64,000 bases of DNA from Rhina ancylostomus (Eukaryota): assembly GCA_030265395.1 (NCBI GenBank), contig JARFYF010000094.1:15975103-16039102 (forward strand), written 5' to 3'. Position 1 is the first letter of the stretch. Every line of letters begins with the position of its first letter. Positions 13,091-25,314 of the stretch are shown here, piece after piece. Below the pieces are notes generated by a model. That model was given only the letters and a program-made list of their open reading frames with translations. It was not told the DNA's origin and ran no database searches. A program made the translations under genes and the position numbers.

Positions 13091-13580
13091 TGTCGGATCC
13101 AGTTATTTTTGAATCTGCAGGTTCTTTCAGAAGTCCAAGGTTGAGTTGAAAACAACTTGGTGCTTCACAAAGTTTTATTGGAACAGTTTAAAACAAAGAA
13201 ACAGTCACAGAGCACACGGGATTCACTTTACTACTAGGAGGTAAGCCAAGACAAAAGGAACTAAAAATGAACTAGGGTCAGTGTGAGAGAGCAAGATAAG
13301 CAAGAGAGAGATAGAGGCAAGAGAGAGAAAAATAGAGAAGCAAGAGAGAGATTAACAAAAAATAACACCTTTTATACCTGGGATAAGAGGTACTCCTCAG
13401 ATAATGGTCCAATCAGAAAACCTATTAGATACCTGTGGCAAAATCAATCAATGAGAAAACACATATTCACCTGATGGACGAACCAGTAAGCTAAGAAACG
13501 GCCATTCCTTGTACAGCCACTGGAGGTGCATTAAACACTATACATGTTTAAAAAAATACTCAAAACAGTCAAATCCAACA
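13091..13580 (-). mobile_element. Solo LTR (490 bp), ERV1- or Gypsy-type, 4-bp TSD
   Basis: Termini TGTCGGAT...ATCCAACA (7/8 inverted match); TSD CAAA at 13087-13090 and 13581-13584; in minus-strand order a CCAAT box (13409-13413), TATAAAA (13370-13376) and AATAAA (13174-13179). Confidence 0.78.
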
Positions 13581-14679
13581 CAAAGGAATCATTTGGTTCT
13601 GAATCTTCTGGATTACACGTAAGCAGAAATATGGCAACATTTCCATGCTAATGGTTGGGATCTTGCAAAGTAGTGTCCTGCAGAGCTCATTTACTTACAG
13701 GATGTGTCACCAGTGATTTGTCCATTTGTGTTTGAAAAGATAGAGACTTCTATATTTAAAAAAAATTGTGTGCTCACCAAATAAAAATAGTTAGTGTGTG
13801 TGTGTGTTAGTTTTGTTTAAAAGAATTTCCTTTGTAATTAAAAAAAATTCTGCATGCATAGGATGTGAAAGAGAGAACTCTAATGTCTCACCATCACAAA
13901 TGCTTATCATTTTATTGGTTTATCAAGTGGCATCAAATTTTCTCCAAAATGTTTGAATTTTCATTTCATCTGCCTTTGAACTTCCAGTTAGGTATCAGAT
14001 TCCTGATATTTTAGCACTACTTGAACTGGATAGGGACATATCTTGTTATAGTCCCATTTCTCTTTGCAAATGAAGTAGAGGCTTTGTAGCTCTAACCTGA
14101 AACAAAAATGATCTGTGCACTTTCACCATGGTGTCACTTAGGCAGCGTATACCGCCAGTCATTGTGGAAACCTATTGTTAACATGTGAAAGCCTGAATTA
14201 TTCAGAATTTCCTTATGTGGTTAACGTCACTGCCAGATGTAGTTACACATCTGAATGATACTAGCCTGGAAATTCATTGTAATTGTTTTTTTCTCCACCA
14301 ACGTTAGTTCATTGATCAGCAGAAACCCCTGTGGTGAAGCAATGCCAATGGATTTGGAGTGATTCTCTGGAATTTTTCCATTTGCCACATTGGGTGACTG
14401 TTGGCATCTTTGCTTTACTTTCAGATACTATTTCCTTCTTTGTCATCCAGTATTGGGTGGATTAGGGACATAATTGTGGAGCAGGGTATTTTGGCTATTT
14501 ATGGAAGTGACTGATGCTACTAGTATCAAGTATAATGTGAGTGTAAATGGCATGGAGGATTAAAGTTACAGGCAACAGAAAGCTCAGGGCCAGCCTTGCA
14601 GACCGAACATAGGTTTTCTGCAAATGAATCACCCGTTCTGATTTGTCTTTTGCCTCTGGCATTTCTCTAACAAAGTATA

Positions 14680-15985
14680 TTGGTAAATTAGATTGGTTTG
14701 TTATTGTCACTGAGGTATAGTGAAAAACTTGTCATGCATACCAGTTATACAGATCAATTCATTACAACAGTGCATTGAGGTAGTGCAAGGTAAAACAATA
14801 ACAGAATGCTGAATAAAATGTTGCAGCTATGGAGAAAGTGCAGTGCAGGGGTAGACAATAAGGTGAAAGGTCATAATGAGGTAGATTGTAAGGTCAAGAG
14901 TCCATTTTATCAAACAAGGGGACCATTCAATAGTCTTATAACAGCAGGATAGAAGCTGTCCTTGAGCATGGTGACATGTGCTTTCAGGCTTTTGTATCAT
15001 ATGCCTGATAGGAAGAAGGAGAAGAGAGAATGTCCGGGGTGGGTGGTGTCTTTGATTATGCTGGCTGCTTCACTGAGGCAGAAAAGTGTAGACAGATTCC
15101 ATCGAGGGGAGGCTGGTTTTTGTGATTTGCTGAGCTGTGTCCACAACTCTCTGCAGCTTCTTGTGTTTGCAGACAGAGCAGTTCCCATACCAAGCCACAA
15201 TGCATTCAGAGGGGATGCACTGATTAAAAATTGGTGAGTGTCAAAGGGGACATGCCAAATTTCTTCAGCCTCCTGAGGAAGTAGAGGCACTGGTGAATTT
15301 TCTTGGCTGTGGCATCTACGTGGTTAGGCCAGGACAGGCTATTGGTCACGTCCACTCTCAACCCTTTCGACCTCAGCACCGTTGATGTAAACAGGAGCAT
15401 GTGTGTCACCCGCCCTTCCTGAAGTCAATGGCCAGCTCTTTTGTTTTGCTGACATTGAGGGAAAGGTTGTTGTCATGACAGCATGTCACTAAGCTCTCTA
15501 TCTCCTTCCTGTGCTCTGACTAATCATTATTTGAGATTTGGCCCACTACGGTGAAAACTTGTAGATGGAGTTAGAGTACAATTTGGCCACGCAGTCGTGA
15601 GTATATAGGGAGGAGAGAAGGGGGCTGAGGACACAGCCTTGTGGAGCACCAGTGTTGAGAATAATCGTACCAGAGGTGTTGCTGCCTATCCTCACTGATT
15701 GCGGTCTGTTGGTCAGGAAGTCAAGGATCCAGTTGAAAAGGGACGTGTTGAGTCCTAGGCTTAGGAGTTTCAAGATGAGTTTGCTTGGAATTATAGTATT
15801 GAAGGTGGAGCTGTAGTCAATAAACAATAGTCTAACTTAGGTGTCTTTACTGTCCAGGTGCTCCAGAAATGAGTGTAGGGCCAGGGAGATGGTGTCCACT
15901 GTGGACCCATTTTGGTGGCAGGAGAATTGCAGTGGATTGAGGTAGTCTGGGAGGCTGGAGTTGATGTATGCCATGACCAGCCTCC
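14680..15985 (-). mobile_element. 5'-truncated Rex1/Babar LINE (RT domain to 3' tail)
   Basis: [16 protein letters not shown]...[16 protein letters not shown]...[13 protein letters not shown] and AKKIHQCLYFLRRLKKFG; frameshifted. Confidence 0.92.
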
Positions 15986-16470
15986 CTGTATTTGGCCCAG
16001 ATCCCTCTAAATCTTTCCTATCCTTGTACCTATCCGAGTGTATTTTAAATGTTGTTGACATACCTGCCTCAACCACTTCCTCTGGCAGCTTGTTCCATAT
16101 ATGGACCATCATCTGGGAGAAAACATTACACCTCCCTTAAATCCTATTAAATCTCTCCCCTTAAACTTTAAACTTATGCCCTCTAGTTCTTGATACCCCC
16201 ACCCTGGGAAAAAGACTGTGTGCATTCACCCAATCTGTGCCCCTCTATTATTGAATGCACCTCTATAAGATGATCCCTTTTTCTTCTACACTCAAGGAAT
16301 AAACTCCTAGCCTGCTCAACCTCTCTCTATAGCCTAGTCTCTTGAGTCTTGGCAACATCTTCATAAATCTTTTCTGCACTCATTCTAGCTTAATGGCATC
16401 TTTTCAATATATGGACCAAAACTGAACATAATATTCCAAGTGCATCCTCACCAATCTCTTGTCCAACTGA
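15985..16470 (-). mobile_element. CR1 3' fragment
   Basis: MVHIWNKLPEEVVEAG..TTFK; ccctctagttcttga (TRG motif) and caaaactgaacataatattccaag (LEY.VQFW) on minus strand. Confidence 0.88.
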
Positions 16471-17169
16471 CTTCTGAATAAGTTTCCGAATAGCATCTCT
16501 GTATTCAGAACACATTGATACTTTTCAATGTGATTAAGTAACAATGCTTAAAGCCGAATTAATATATTGACCAGAGTTATGGATTGCAGAACAAAGTTCG
16601 AGGATATTAAATTTGGGAATATCAGAAGAGTCAGTAGCTCGGAAAGCACCTCACTCAACCCAGTGAGGCTTCTTTTCTCCTTCGTAGTGCATCATTCACA
16701 TATCGGGATGTCCCAATGAATGTTTTAACCAGTGAAGGACTTCTGAAGTCCAGCCCCTTTTGAGATGACGGATGTCACAAACATTCATTTATTCAAACAC
16801 AATCCAAAGCCATTGACATGAAACATATTAAAAAGGATTAAATTTAACAATGAAATCGTTTTCAAGTAATGAAAAATAGTTGAAAATGGCAAACACTTAA
16901 AAGTGATTAAATGCTCAAAACACAGTTAATGCAAAGAATGTAAAGTTCCTGCAGTTTTCCAGTGTCCACTGGAGCAGTTTTCCAGTGTCCACTGGAGCCA
17001 GTTCTACTGGTGCAGGTTCTAATCTGGAGCTGGTTCTACTGGTGCTGGTTAAACAGAAGGCTCCTCAACTCAACAGCTAAAGGTTATGGCTACCATTACA
17101 AGTCCAGCCTCACAGCACAGTTGAAAGGACAGCAGGGTGGGACCTCCACAGGAAGTCAGAGAATGCTGT

Positions 17170-17478
17170 GCCATTGAGTCACTCAGCAGAGGCTCATTGG
17201 CTCTGCATGGACCATCAACCATCCACTAACACCAATCCCATTTTATTCTCCCCACATTCCCGTCAACTCCCCCCAGATTCTACCCCTCACCCAACAATTT
17301 ACAGAGGTCAATTAACTTCCCAACCTGTACTTCTTTGGGATGTAGGAGGAAACCAGAGCACCCAGGGGGAAATCCACACAGTCAGAGGGAGAATGTGCAA
17401 ACTCCACGCAGAGAGCGCCTGAGGTCAGGATCGAACCTGGGTCACTGGAGCTGCTTTATCTGCTGCACCACCTTGCCT
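17170..17478 (-). mobile_element. tRNA-derived V-SINE (HE1-like)
   Basis: Minus strand: ggtggtgcagc (A box), ggttcgatcc (B box), gtggagtttgcacattctccc, ggtttcctcctacatcccaaag (V-domain). Confidence 0.85.
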
Positions 17479-18012
17479 TCCTCTGACATGTTTCAGATTG
17501 TTAATCTGGCCCTCCTCACCACTGATCTCCATTGGGATTCCTTCCCTGAACCTCTCTATCCCTCTCTCTTTCCTCCAAACCCAACTCTTCCAGCCAAGCT
17601 TTTGGTCAGTGCCTTTGATAGTGAGGTTTGGTGTCAAATTTTTCTTTGAGAACAATTATCTTGGGACATTTTATGACATTAAAGGTTTTGAACAAACACA
17701 AGTTACAGTTGTGTTGTAACGGTAGGAAACAGGCAGTCAATTTACGCACAGCAAGCTCCCATGAAGAGTAACAGCTATTTTTCTGTACTCTGATCACAAT
17801 GCCCTCTGATCATTTCTTTTCTCTGGGAATCAGAGATCACTTGATTGGATGGGCTGTGCGGAGATAACTCAAAGCAGGAATGAGTCAGGACTGTATAAAG
17901 CCGTACTTTCACCCACGGGGGAATTGCAGCCCCTACCTGTCTAGGGTGGGGGTGCGTAAACCAACTGTGTCACCTCTGTGTCTGCATGGTGTAAAATTTA
18001 CCCTTCACTTGT

Positions 18013-18312
18013 GCAGGACAGGACTGCATAAACCAGTACCCTCACCTGTACAGGATGGGACTGTATAAACCAGTGCCCTCACCTGTACAGGATGGGACTG
18101 TATAAACCAGTACCCTCACCTGTACAGGACAGGACTGTATAAACCAGTGCCCTCACCTGTACAGGACGGGACTGTATAAACCAGTACCCTCACTTGTACA
18201 GGACAGGACTGTATAAACCAGTACCCTCACCTGTACAGGACAGGACTGTATAAACCAGTGCCCTCACCTGTACAGGATGGGACTGTATAAACCAGTACCC
18301 TCACCTGTACAG
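18013..18312. repeat. Minisatellite, 37-bp unit GACTGTATAAACCAGTRCCCTCACCTGTACAGGAYRG, 8 copies
   Basis: Units start at 18022, 18059, 18096, 18133, 18170, 18207, 18244, 18281; degenerate copies extend left to ~17888. Confidence 0.97.
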
Positions 18313-18404
18313 ATAAACTGAGACATCAGCCACAAAAGCCGGACCAGCATGGTGCCAGAATGCCACCAGACCTGACTCCACTGATTTGTGAATCCCAAAG
18401 ATCT

Positions 18405-18711
18405 GGTGGGAGTGATGTGGTGAGGGTCTCCCGGTGAGGATATCCAGGTGAGGGTCTCGCTATGAGGGTATTCCAGTGAAGGTCTCTCGGTGAGGGTCTC
18501 CCAGTGAGTGTCTCCCGGTGAGGGTATCCCATTAAGTGTCTCCCAGTGAGGGTCTCCCAGTGAGGATCTCTTGGTGAGGCCATCCTGGTGGGAGTGATGT
18601 GGTGAGGGTATCCTGGTGAGGGTCTCTTGGTGAGGGTCTCCTGGTGAGGGTCTCCCGGTGAGGCTACCCTGGTGGGAGTGATGTGGTGAGGGTCTCCTGG
18701 TGAGGGTCTCT
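18405..18711. repeat. G-rich minisatellite, 14-bp unit GGTGAGGGTCTCCY with variant GGTGGGAGTGATGT, ~22 units, running into a gap
   Basis: 14-bp periodicity visible directly. Confidence 0.95.
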
Positions 18712-18811
18712 NNNNNNNNNNNNNNNNNNNNNNNNNNNNNNNNNNNNNNNNNNNNNNNNNNNNNNNNNNNNNNNNNNNNNNNNNNNNNNNNNNNNNNNNN
18801 NNNNNNNNNNN

Positions 18812-19722
18812 AGATGTATAGACAAGAATCCATGGAGGGGAGGTTGGTTTCTGTGACATGCTGGGCTGTGTCCACAACTCTCTGCAATTTCTTGAGGTCC
18901 TGGGCCGAGCAGTTGCTGTACCAAGCCGTGATGCAACCAGATAAGATGCTTTCTATGGTGTATCGATAAAAGTTGGTGAGTGTCAAACGGGATATGCCAA
19001 ATTTCTTTAGCCTCCTGAGGAAGTAGAGGCGCTGGTGAGCTTTCTTGGCAATGGCATCTACGTAGTTGGACCAGGGCAGGCAGTTGGTGATGCTCACTCT
19101 TAGGAACTTGAAGCTCTCAATCCTCTCGATCTCAGCACCGTTAACATAGACAGGTGCGTGTACACCACCCCCTTTCCTGACGTCAACGACCAGCTCTTTT
19201 GCTGACATTGAGGAAAAGGTTGTTGTCATGACAGCATGTCACTAAGCTCTCTATCTCCTTCCTGTACTCCATCTCATTGTTATTTGAGATCCAGCCAGTA
19301 CCGTGGTATCATCTGCAAATTTGTAGATGGAGTTAGAGCAAAATCTGGCCACGCAGTCATGAGTGTATGGGGAGTAGAGTAGAGGGCTAACGATGCAGCC
19401 TTGTGGGGCACCAGTGTTGAGAATAATCGTGCCAGAGGTGTTGCTGCCGATCCTCACTGACTGCAGTCTGTTGGTCAGAAAGTCAAGGATCCAGTTACAG
19501 AGGGAGGTGTTGAGCCCCAGGTCTCGGAGTTTGGTGATGAGTTTGCTTGGAATTATAGTATCGAAGGCAGAGCTGTAGTCAATAAACAACTGTCTACTGT
19601 AGGTGTTGTTACTGTCCAGATGCTCTAGAGATGAGTGTAGGGCCAGGAAGATGCTGTCTGTCGTAGACCTGTTTCAGCGGTAGGCAGTGTGTCGAGGTTG
19701 TCTGGGAGGCTGGAGTTAATGT
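18812..19722 (-). mobile_element. 5'-truncated Rex1/Babar LINE
   Basis: [20 protein letters not shown]...[14 protein letters not shown]...KFADDTTV and AKKAHQRLYFLRRLKKFG...ESILSGCITAWY. Confidence 0.93.
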
Positions 19723-19724
19723 GA

Positions 19725-20440
19725 TAACTTCAGGAACAGCACCTCGTGTCATCTGTGCATATTGGTGACCATTGTGACTCTTTTGAAGTGAAGCATTTCA
19801 GATTACCAGGCCTTCCTGTCTGTGTCAGAACCAGCCAATTCTGGTGTTAGGTTATCCTCTTATAAGGTTTTTTTTTCTCTTTCCATAGATGCCACCTAAC
19901 CTGCTAATTATTTCAAACATTCTCTTTTATTTTAGAATTCTGGTGACTGCTGTGTTCAGCTACCTACAGCTAATTTCAGAGGTTTTATCTTGTTTTGTTT
20001 GCTTGCTTTTCCCCATTCCATTCTGCCCTCATTTGTCTCCCCTGATTTGCACCTCCTCCAGACAGATCTGAAATGATGAACAAGCATACACCACTCTCTC
20101 TGAAATGACACAAATAGCATTTGTGCTTCCTGGAATCCCTGGGTCGCCATCATATCACAGACATTCACTTTGTTCCTTCCATTGTTTTGCCTTCTCTGCA
20201 GCTTAAATGAAAAATAAAAAAAAGCAGCTGCTGGAAATCTGAAATAAAACCAGAAATTGCTGGAAGCACTCAGCAGGTCAGGCAACATCTGCTGAAAGTG
20301 AATCAGTCCTGTTTGTCTATCCACAGGTGCTGCCTGACCTGCATTTGTTTTTCTATTTCTGATCATGAACATGAACCTGAAATGTTAACTCTTGTTTCTC
20401 ACTCCAAGGATGCTGCTTGACCTTTCTGAGTATCTAAGGT
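19725..20440. mobile_element. Cluster of decayed PLE fragments in both orientations
   Basis: caggaacagcacctc (EEQHL-like GIY-YIG C-terminus); pLTR pieces at 19880-19950 (+), 20220-20300 (-) and 20375-20440 (+). Confidence 0.55.
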
Positions 20441-23400
20441 TTTTGCAAATTTCTTCTGGGTAACAGTAGTTCAGCATAAAATGTGCTGCTTGGATTTTTC
20501 CTTGTGGAAAAAGCTGTGCAATCCCAATCTTGCACCATATTTATGCCAAAGCCTTCTTTGTATTTCCTTGCCATTATTTTCCTTAGTAACACCATTCATA
20601 GCACTAACAGAAAAATGTTTTATGGGCAAATAGCCAGGCAGTAATTGAAAATGGTACTAGCCAAAGTACTGAATCACTTCTGATAATCAAACCTACCTAG
20701 AGATTTGCTACTGTACTTCTTGCCTTGGACACTCTATTTAAGACTAAATCCTTTAAAAGTGTGTAGAAGAAAATCATTTGTAATCTTTTTTACAGCGCCT
20801 GTGTTACAGAACACTGGTATGATCAGCAGCCTTTAAAAGGACCTTGGAAGGTTTTTCTGTAAGCTCCCATTTTATGTAGAGCCAAAGAGATAATTTTGCA
20901 TATTTCTACATTGAATACCCATTCACTGTAGTGACCAGAATCTTTTCCAAAATTAGCATTGGTCGCTCCAACAAAAGATTTACTCCACTTGCCAACTGAC
21001 TTATTGTGTTATCCAAAGGAAAACTTGTTACAGTTAGCTTAATGAGCAAGGTGTGGAGTTTCAAAGGTTGGATAAAGCCCCTGAGATTTAATAGAATACA
21101 TGCAGGGCTGAAACTGTGAAGGCTGGAAATAAAAGATTAAACTTTATTTTTCCATGAGTGCTGCTGTATAGTTTTGTAACAATATTCCTGCATAGGTTTT
21201 GTTTGGGGTAATATGCTGATGAGGACACAGCACAAATTCAACAAAGAACTTTGTAATTTAAAATGATATATGCAAATAAACTAAATCACAAACATGAATA
21301 CTAAAATCACTATGTTCAAAAAGAGATACTATTTGGTGTAAATCCCTGCAGTTGCCTGTAATAATCATGCTTTTATCATAAAAGTATCCTTTGCTTCAGT
21401 AGAAAGGAATATATGAGGTCATCCATTCCTCATCTAACAAATGGAAATTTGACATTTCAAAATAACAAAGGAAATTGTTCTGTATACAATATTTGGGATA
21501 AGTAATACATGCTACGAAGTTATACAGAACAGTTCACCCTTCTGCAGTAAGAACAGATTACCAATCAAATACATTTGGTAACTTTGCCTGAGTGTGCTAC
21601 TGGTGTGTTGGCTTATGAGCGGTCTGAGTGTTGTTGCTATTTCTTTGTCCCCCAGTGAAACCTTAGTGAGGTTATGCCAAAAAGCTCAGCTGTCGGCTGC
21701 AATATACTTGGCCATACAGCTTGATGACGTTAAGACTTTCCAGGGTTCCATTCCACTGTTTGCAAAAAGGAGATTTGCATTAGGTGACTTCTGAAGGTAT
21801 GCTGGGCTCAGTAAGAAGACAAAGCAGCTGCCTGCACCATGGTGACCAGATGGAATGGCCACAGGCTACAGATAAGCTGACAGCATTCCTCCTGCAGACA
21901 GTAAATCAAACACCTGCATTTCTGGGTAAAAGATATTTTTCTGGCTGGGTGGCAGCAGGGTTGGCAAGGAAAGGACAAATCAGGCTTTGAAGCAGCTCTG
22001 CAGGAGAGCGTTTGATTATTTCACTGGAGGAAATGAAGCCGCCAACTAAGCATAGTGTTATTTTATGCCTATCATGGTCATATTAAATTCACTGCTTTCT
22101 TCACTTGAGCATGGTGTCAGAATTTACAAAAACATATTTCATCATTCTCTTATCCATTTAGAAATATTTATTGTTGATTAAGTTATGATTTGACATTTAC
22201 AATATGGAAGAGTGATAAGAGCAAATTCAGTAATAACTTTCAAAGGGAAATTCAGAAAATATTAGAAGGTGAATAATATTCAAGGCAACAGGGAACATGC
22301 AGGAGAATGGGGCTAATTGAATGATTGAAAGAGAATGTTAGAAAAGGCAAGAAAACAAATGAAGGTGAAAAGACTGGAGAGATTGTTGGTTCTTTACCAG
22401 TTAGAATATGCTAGGATAGAAATTTGTCCTCAGCCATTTATGCTAAAGACACAAGGCATTAGTGTGTGTGTGTTGAACTCTGGTTCTGAATTTTGGTTCC
22501 ATTGACGTCATGTGACCAAGGATGAATTTCTACTACATTGCCTCCTTATAATTTGTGTTTAGATAGTACACTTGCTTTTTGGAAGACACATCTTCTGTAT
22601 CTAGATAAGTGTTGTTGACAAAAACATGCAGATCAGATGTTTGTTCTACTAACTCACGGCTAGTGTATTTGCCATTGAGTTCAAATTTTGGTGAGATGGT
22701 TTCTGATGGGTACAGGTTACTATGTTTTTTTCCCCTCAGTTTAACATCCCATCTAATCTGTCGGGGAGGTTGGGCTAAGATATCCCAGAGGAGATCAAGA
22801 TACAGAGTTTCTATTTAAAAACTGACAACTCATGTTCAAAGTCAACAATATTTAGGGTTTGAAATTCCATTGGACAACTCATCTGGCAGAAGGGTAGTGG
22901 GACAGCCCATACTTACGTGGTTTTACTTGTATATAACTGCAAAGAAGCTTCAGTGGGGCTGAACAAAGAAAATCTGTAAGATGAAGCTTGAGAGCAGCCG
23001 ATAGAAGCTGATCCATGTAGTTGCAAGAAGCAAGGCTCTGGGACTGCTTACTTCAGTGTGGGTAAGGTTTGGGGCTTTGCATAAAGCTTCAGAGGGCCTC
23101 ACACCAACACTGTTGTAAATTCTGCAGAGTATTTGAGTATTTTTAGGTGAGCAAATGATGGAACTCCTGTAAAGGCTTAAGGATTTCATGCAGTGGGATT
23201 GGAGGGAAGCATCCATGGCTCCCCAAATCCTCTCTTCCTTTGGACCAAAATAAAACTGTGACATGGAGCTTGGGCAAAATGGGGATCGATCCCAAATGTG
23301 GTTTAAGGACAATATTTCCATTTTCTACCATGGATCCATCCAGAGTTTAGGAACTAATGTCCAGAAATGAGGTTTCCCCCTTTTTATGTGTGCCAACCAT

Positions 23401-23689
23401 AAAATGTTAATTCCCAGTAGGATCCCAACAATAATTTTGAAACAGGGCAAAAAATAAGTTGATTACTGTTCTTAGTGGGAGCTCCATGTCAAGCTCCACC
23501 TTCCACTGCATTGATCATTGGGAAGGACAGCAGATCTTAAAGAGGCTCTCCTTATAGCAGCCTTGAAACAGTGGGATAAAAGGCTGCCGTGGAGGTGAGG
23601 GAAAGAATGGGGAAGAAGGGACATTGCAATCCTCTGTGTTTTGATTCCTGCTACATGACCATCTACCTTGATTGAGACTGTTGCCATGA

Positions 23690-24060
23690 GGTGTGCTACA
23701 CTCCTGTGAATTGCAGGCTGACCTATGAGATTGCAACACAGAGCTCTGTTGTGTATAGCGGATAAAAGTTGCAATTAGTGATGAGGTTTCAAATATCCTG
23801 AGCAAACAGAATTGAGGCTAGCAGACGCTATGTGCCAACCATCAATATCAGAATGGAGATTCTTCAACTGATGTCTTGTTTCAGTGCATTGTGCACTGTC
23901 TATGCCAAGAGAGTTCAATGGTGTTTGCTGGCTTTACCCTGAAGGTCCAATTTATGCCAGTAGGGGATGAAACACATGGCGAGTGACTTTTGATGCCACG
24001 AGGTATGGAACTGATGGCAGGACAATGATTTTCATATTTAAGCAAAGGCACCAGTGGATC
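23690..24060 (-). mobile_element. Very old RTE-like 3' fragment (tentative)
   Basis: Minus strand resembles the RTE C-terminus (GPSG.., KQDI, IDGW) but is heavily decayed. Confidence 0.3.
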
Positions 24061-25314
24061 CAGTGCCTAGGCTTAGATAGGTTTCTGTCTTTTATGAATG
24101 AAGAACGTTGTGTGCATTTGTTCTGAACATAACTAACAATAAGATCTGATATTTTGATATCAATTTGATCTCTGCTGCTGACTGGGATCCACATTAGTTT
24201 GTTTAACAGATTCAAATGACAAACACACAAATCACTGGTGATAAATTGGTGCTGTGCAATTTATCATGATAATATTGGTGTGCTAATATCTAAGGAGCCA
24301 GATATTAGTGATTAGAGTCATATAGAAGTTTTGGGAAAATAGGAGTATTTTTAGTCTTTGAGAATATTAGAACATGCAATTTGAGATCTTTATTTGGGAT
24401 AAACCAAATGATCCATCAAATTGACAGACATCAATGTTGAAGGTTTAAAAAAAAAAGCTTTTTATCAATGCTGGCATTAAACATTGTTCATGTGAGTAAA
24501 GCTCCCTTTACTTTGCCCCCATAACGGGGAATGATTTTAACTCTTTGTGAAATTGATTATATTGAGATAGCTACCTGCTTATATTTACCCTGATTCTTAA
24601 TTCCAGGAACTAAGATCCAAATCCAGACACAGGAATCAATGTTAGTGTATTTAATCCACTACACCAGTGAATCCAGCAGGCCATTGTATGGAAGTTTCTA
24701 ATCAGCAGAGGAAGAGTTTGATTCTAGTCAAAATTTCCCCTTCCTGAAAGAGTCTTTTTGTACGTAGTTCCAGGACACTATTCAATTATTTACTTCTAGC
24801 CAAGTACAATGGATACTGTAGGAAGGGGTTGATTTTCCTCCAAACTGTCCCCGATTTATAATGGCCAATAAATTGAGGCAAGTGAAGGAAGAGTGGGTGA
24901 TGGTCCTTTGCTTCCATTTTGCTCCAGCTTTGTCTGTGTCTGCAACTTCTAGATGCTCGGAAGAGGTTGAAGCTGTGTAACACTCTACACAAGAGACATC
25001 TGTGTTTAGTTGCCTTTTATATAGTTGGGTGTTTTCAGAATTAAGATGTCTCTTCTAGTTCCAGAGCTGTATCCAATGTCATTCACTTGCAAACTTTTAG
25101 AATTCATTTAGGCTGTTACGATAAAATTATGCCTAATACCTTTGCAGAATGAAGATCACCTTGGACATTCATTTAAGCATTGATGTTCCTCTACAAGACC
25201 AGACAGGGCTGGAATCTCTTCAGAGGATTCTTAACACTTGGTCAAGCTCACCGAGCAGTGTCAGTTCTATAGCAATAATATTCAGTCACACAGCTGAAGA
25301 TCTATCACAGTGAC

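Noticed and set aside
17400-17478. tRNA gene suggested by A and B boxes (also ~43450-43520)
   Set aside because: No full cloverleaf; these are tRNA-derived SINE heads
18013-18312. CRISPR-like array (37-bp partly palindromic repeats)
   Set aside because: Units are head-to-tail with no unique spacers, there are no cas genes, and the context is vertebrate
18264-19229. 321-aa ORF as a novel RT fusion protein
   Set aside because: Rex1 ORF fragment read through an N gap into a stop-free minisatellite frame
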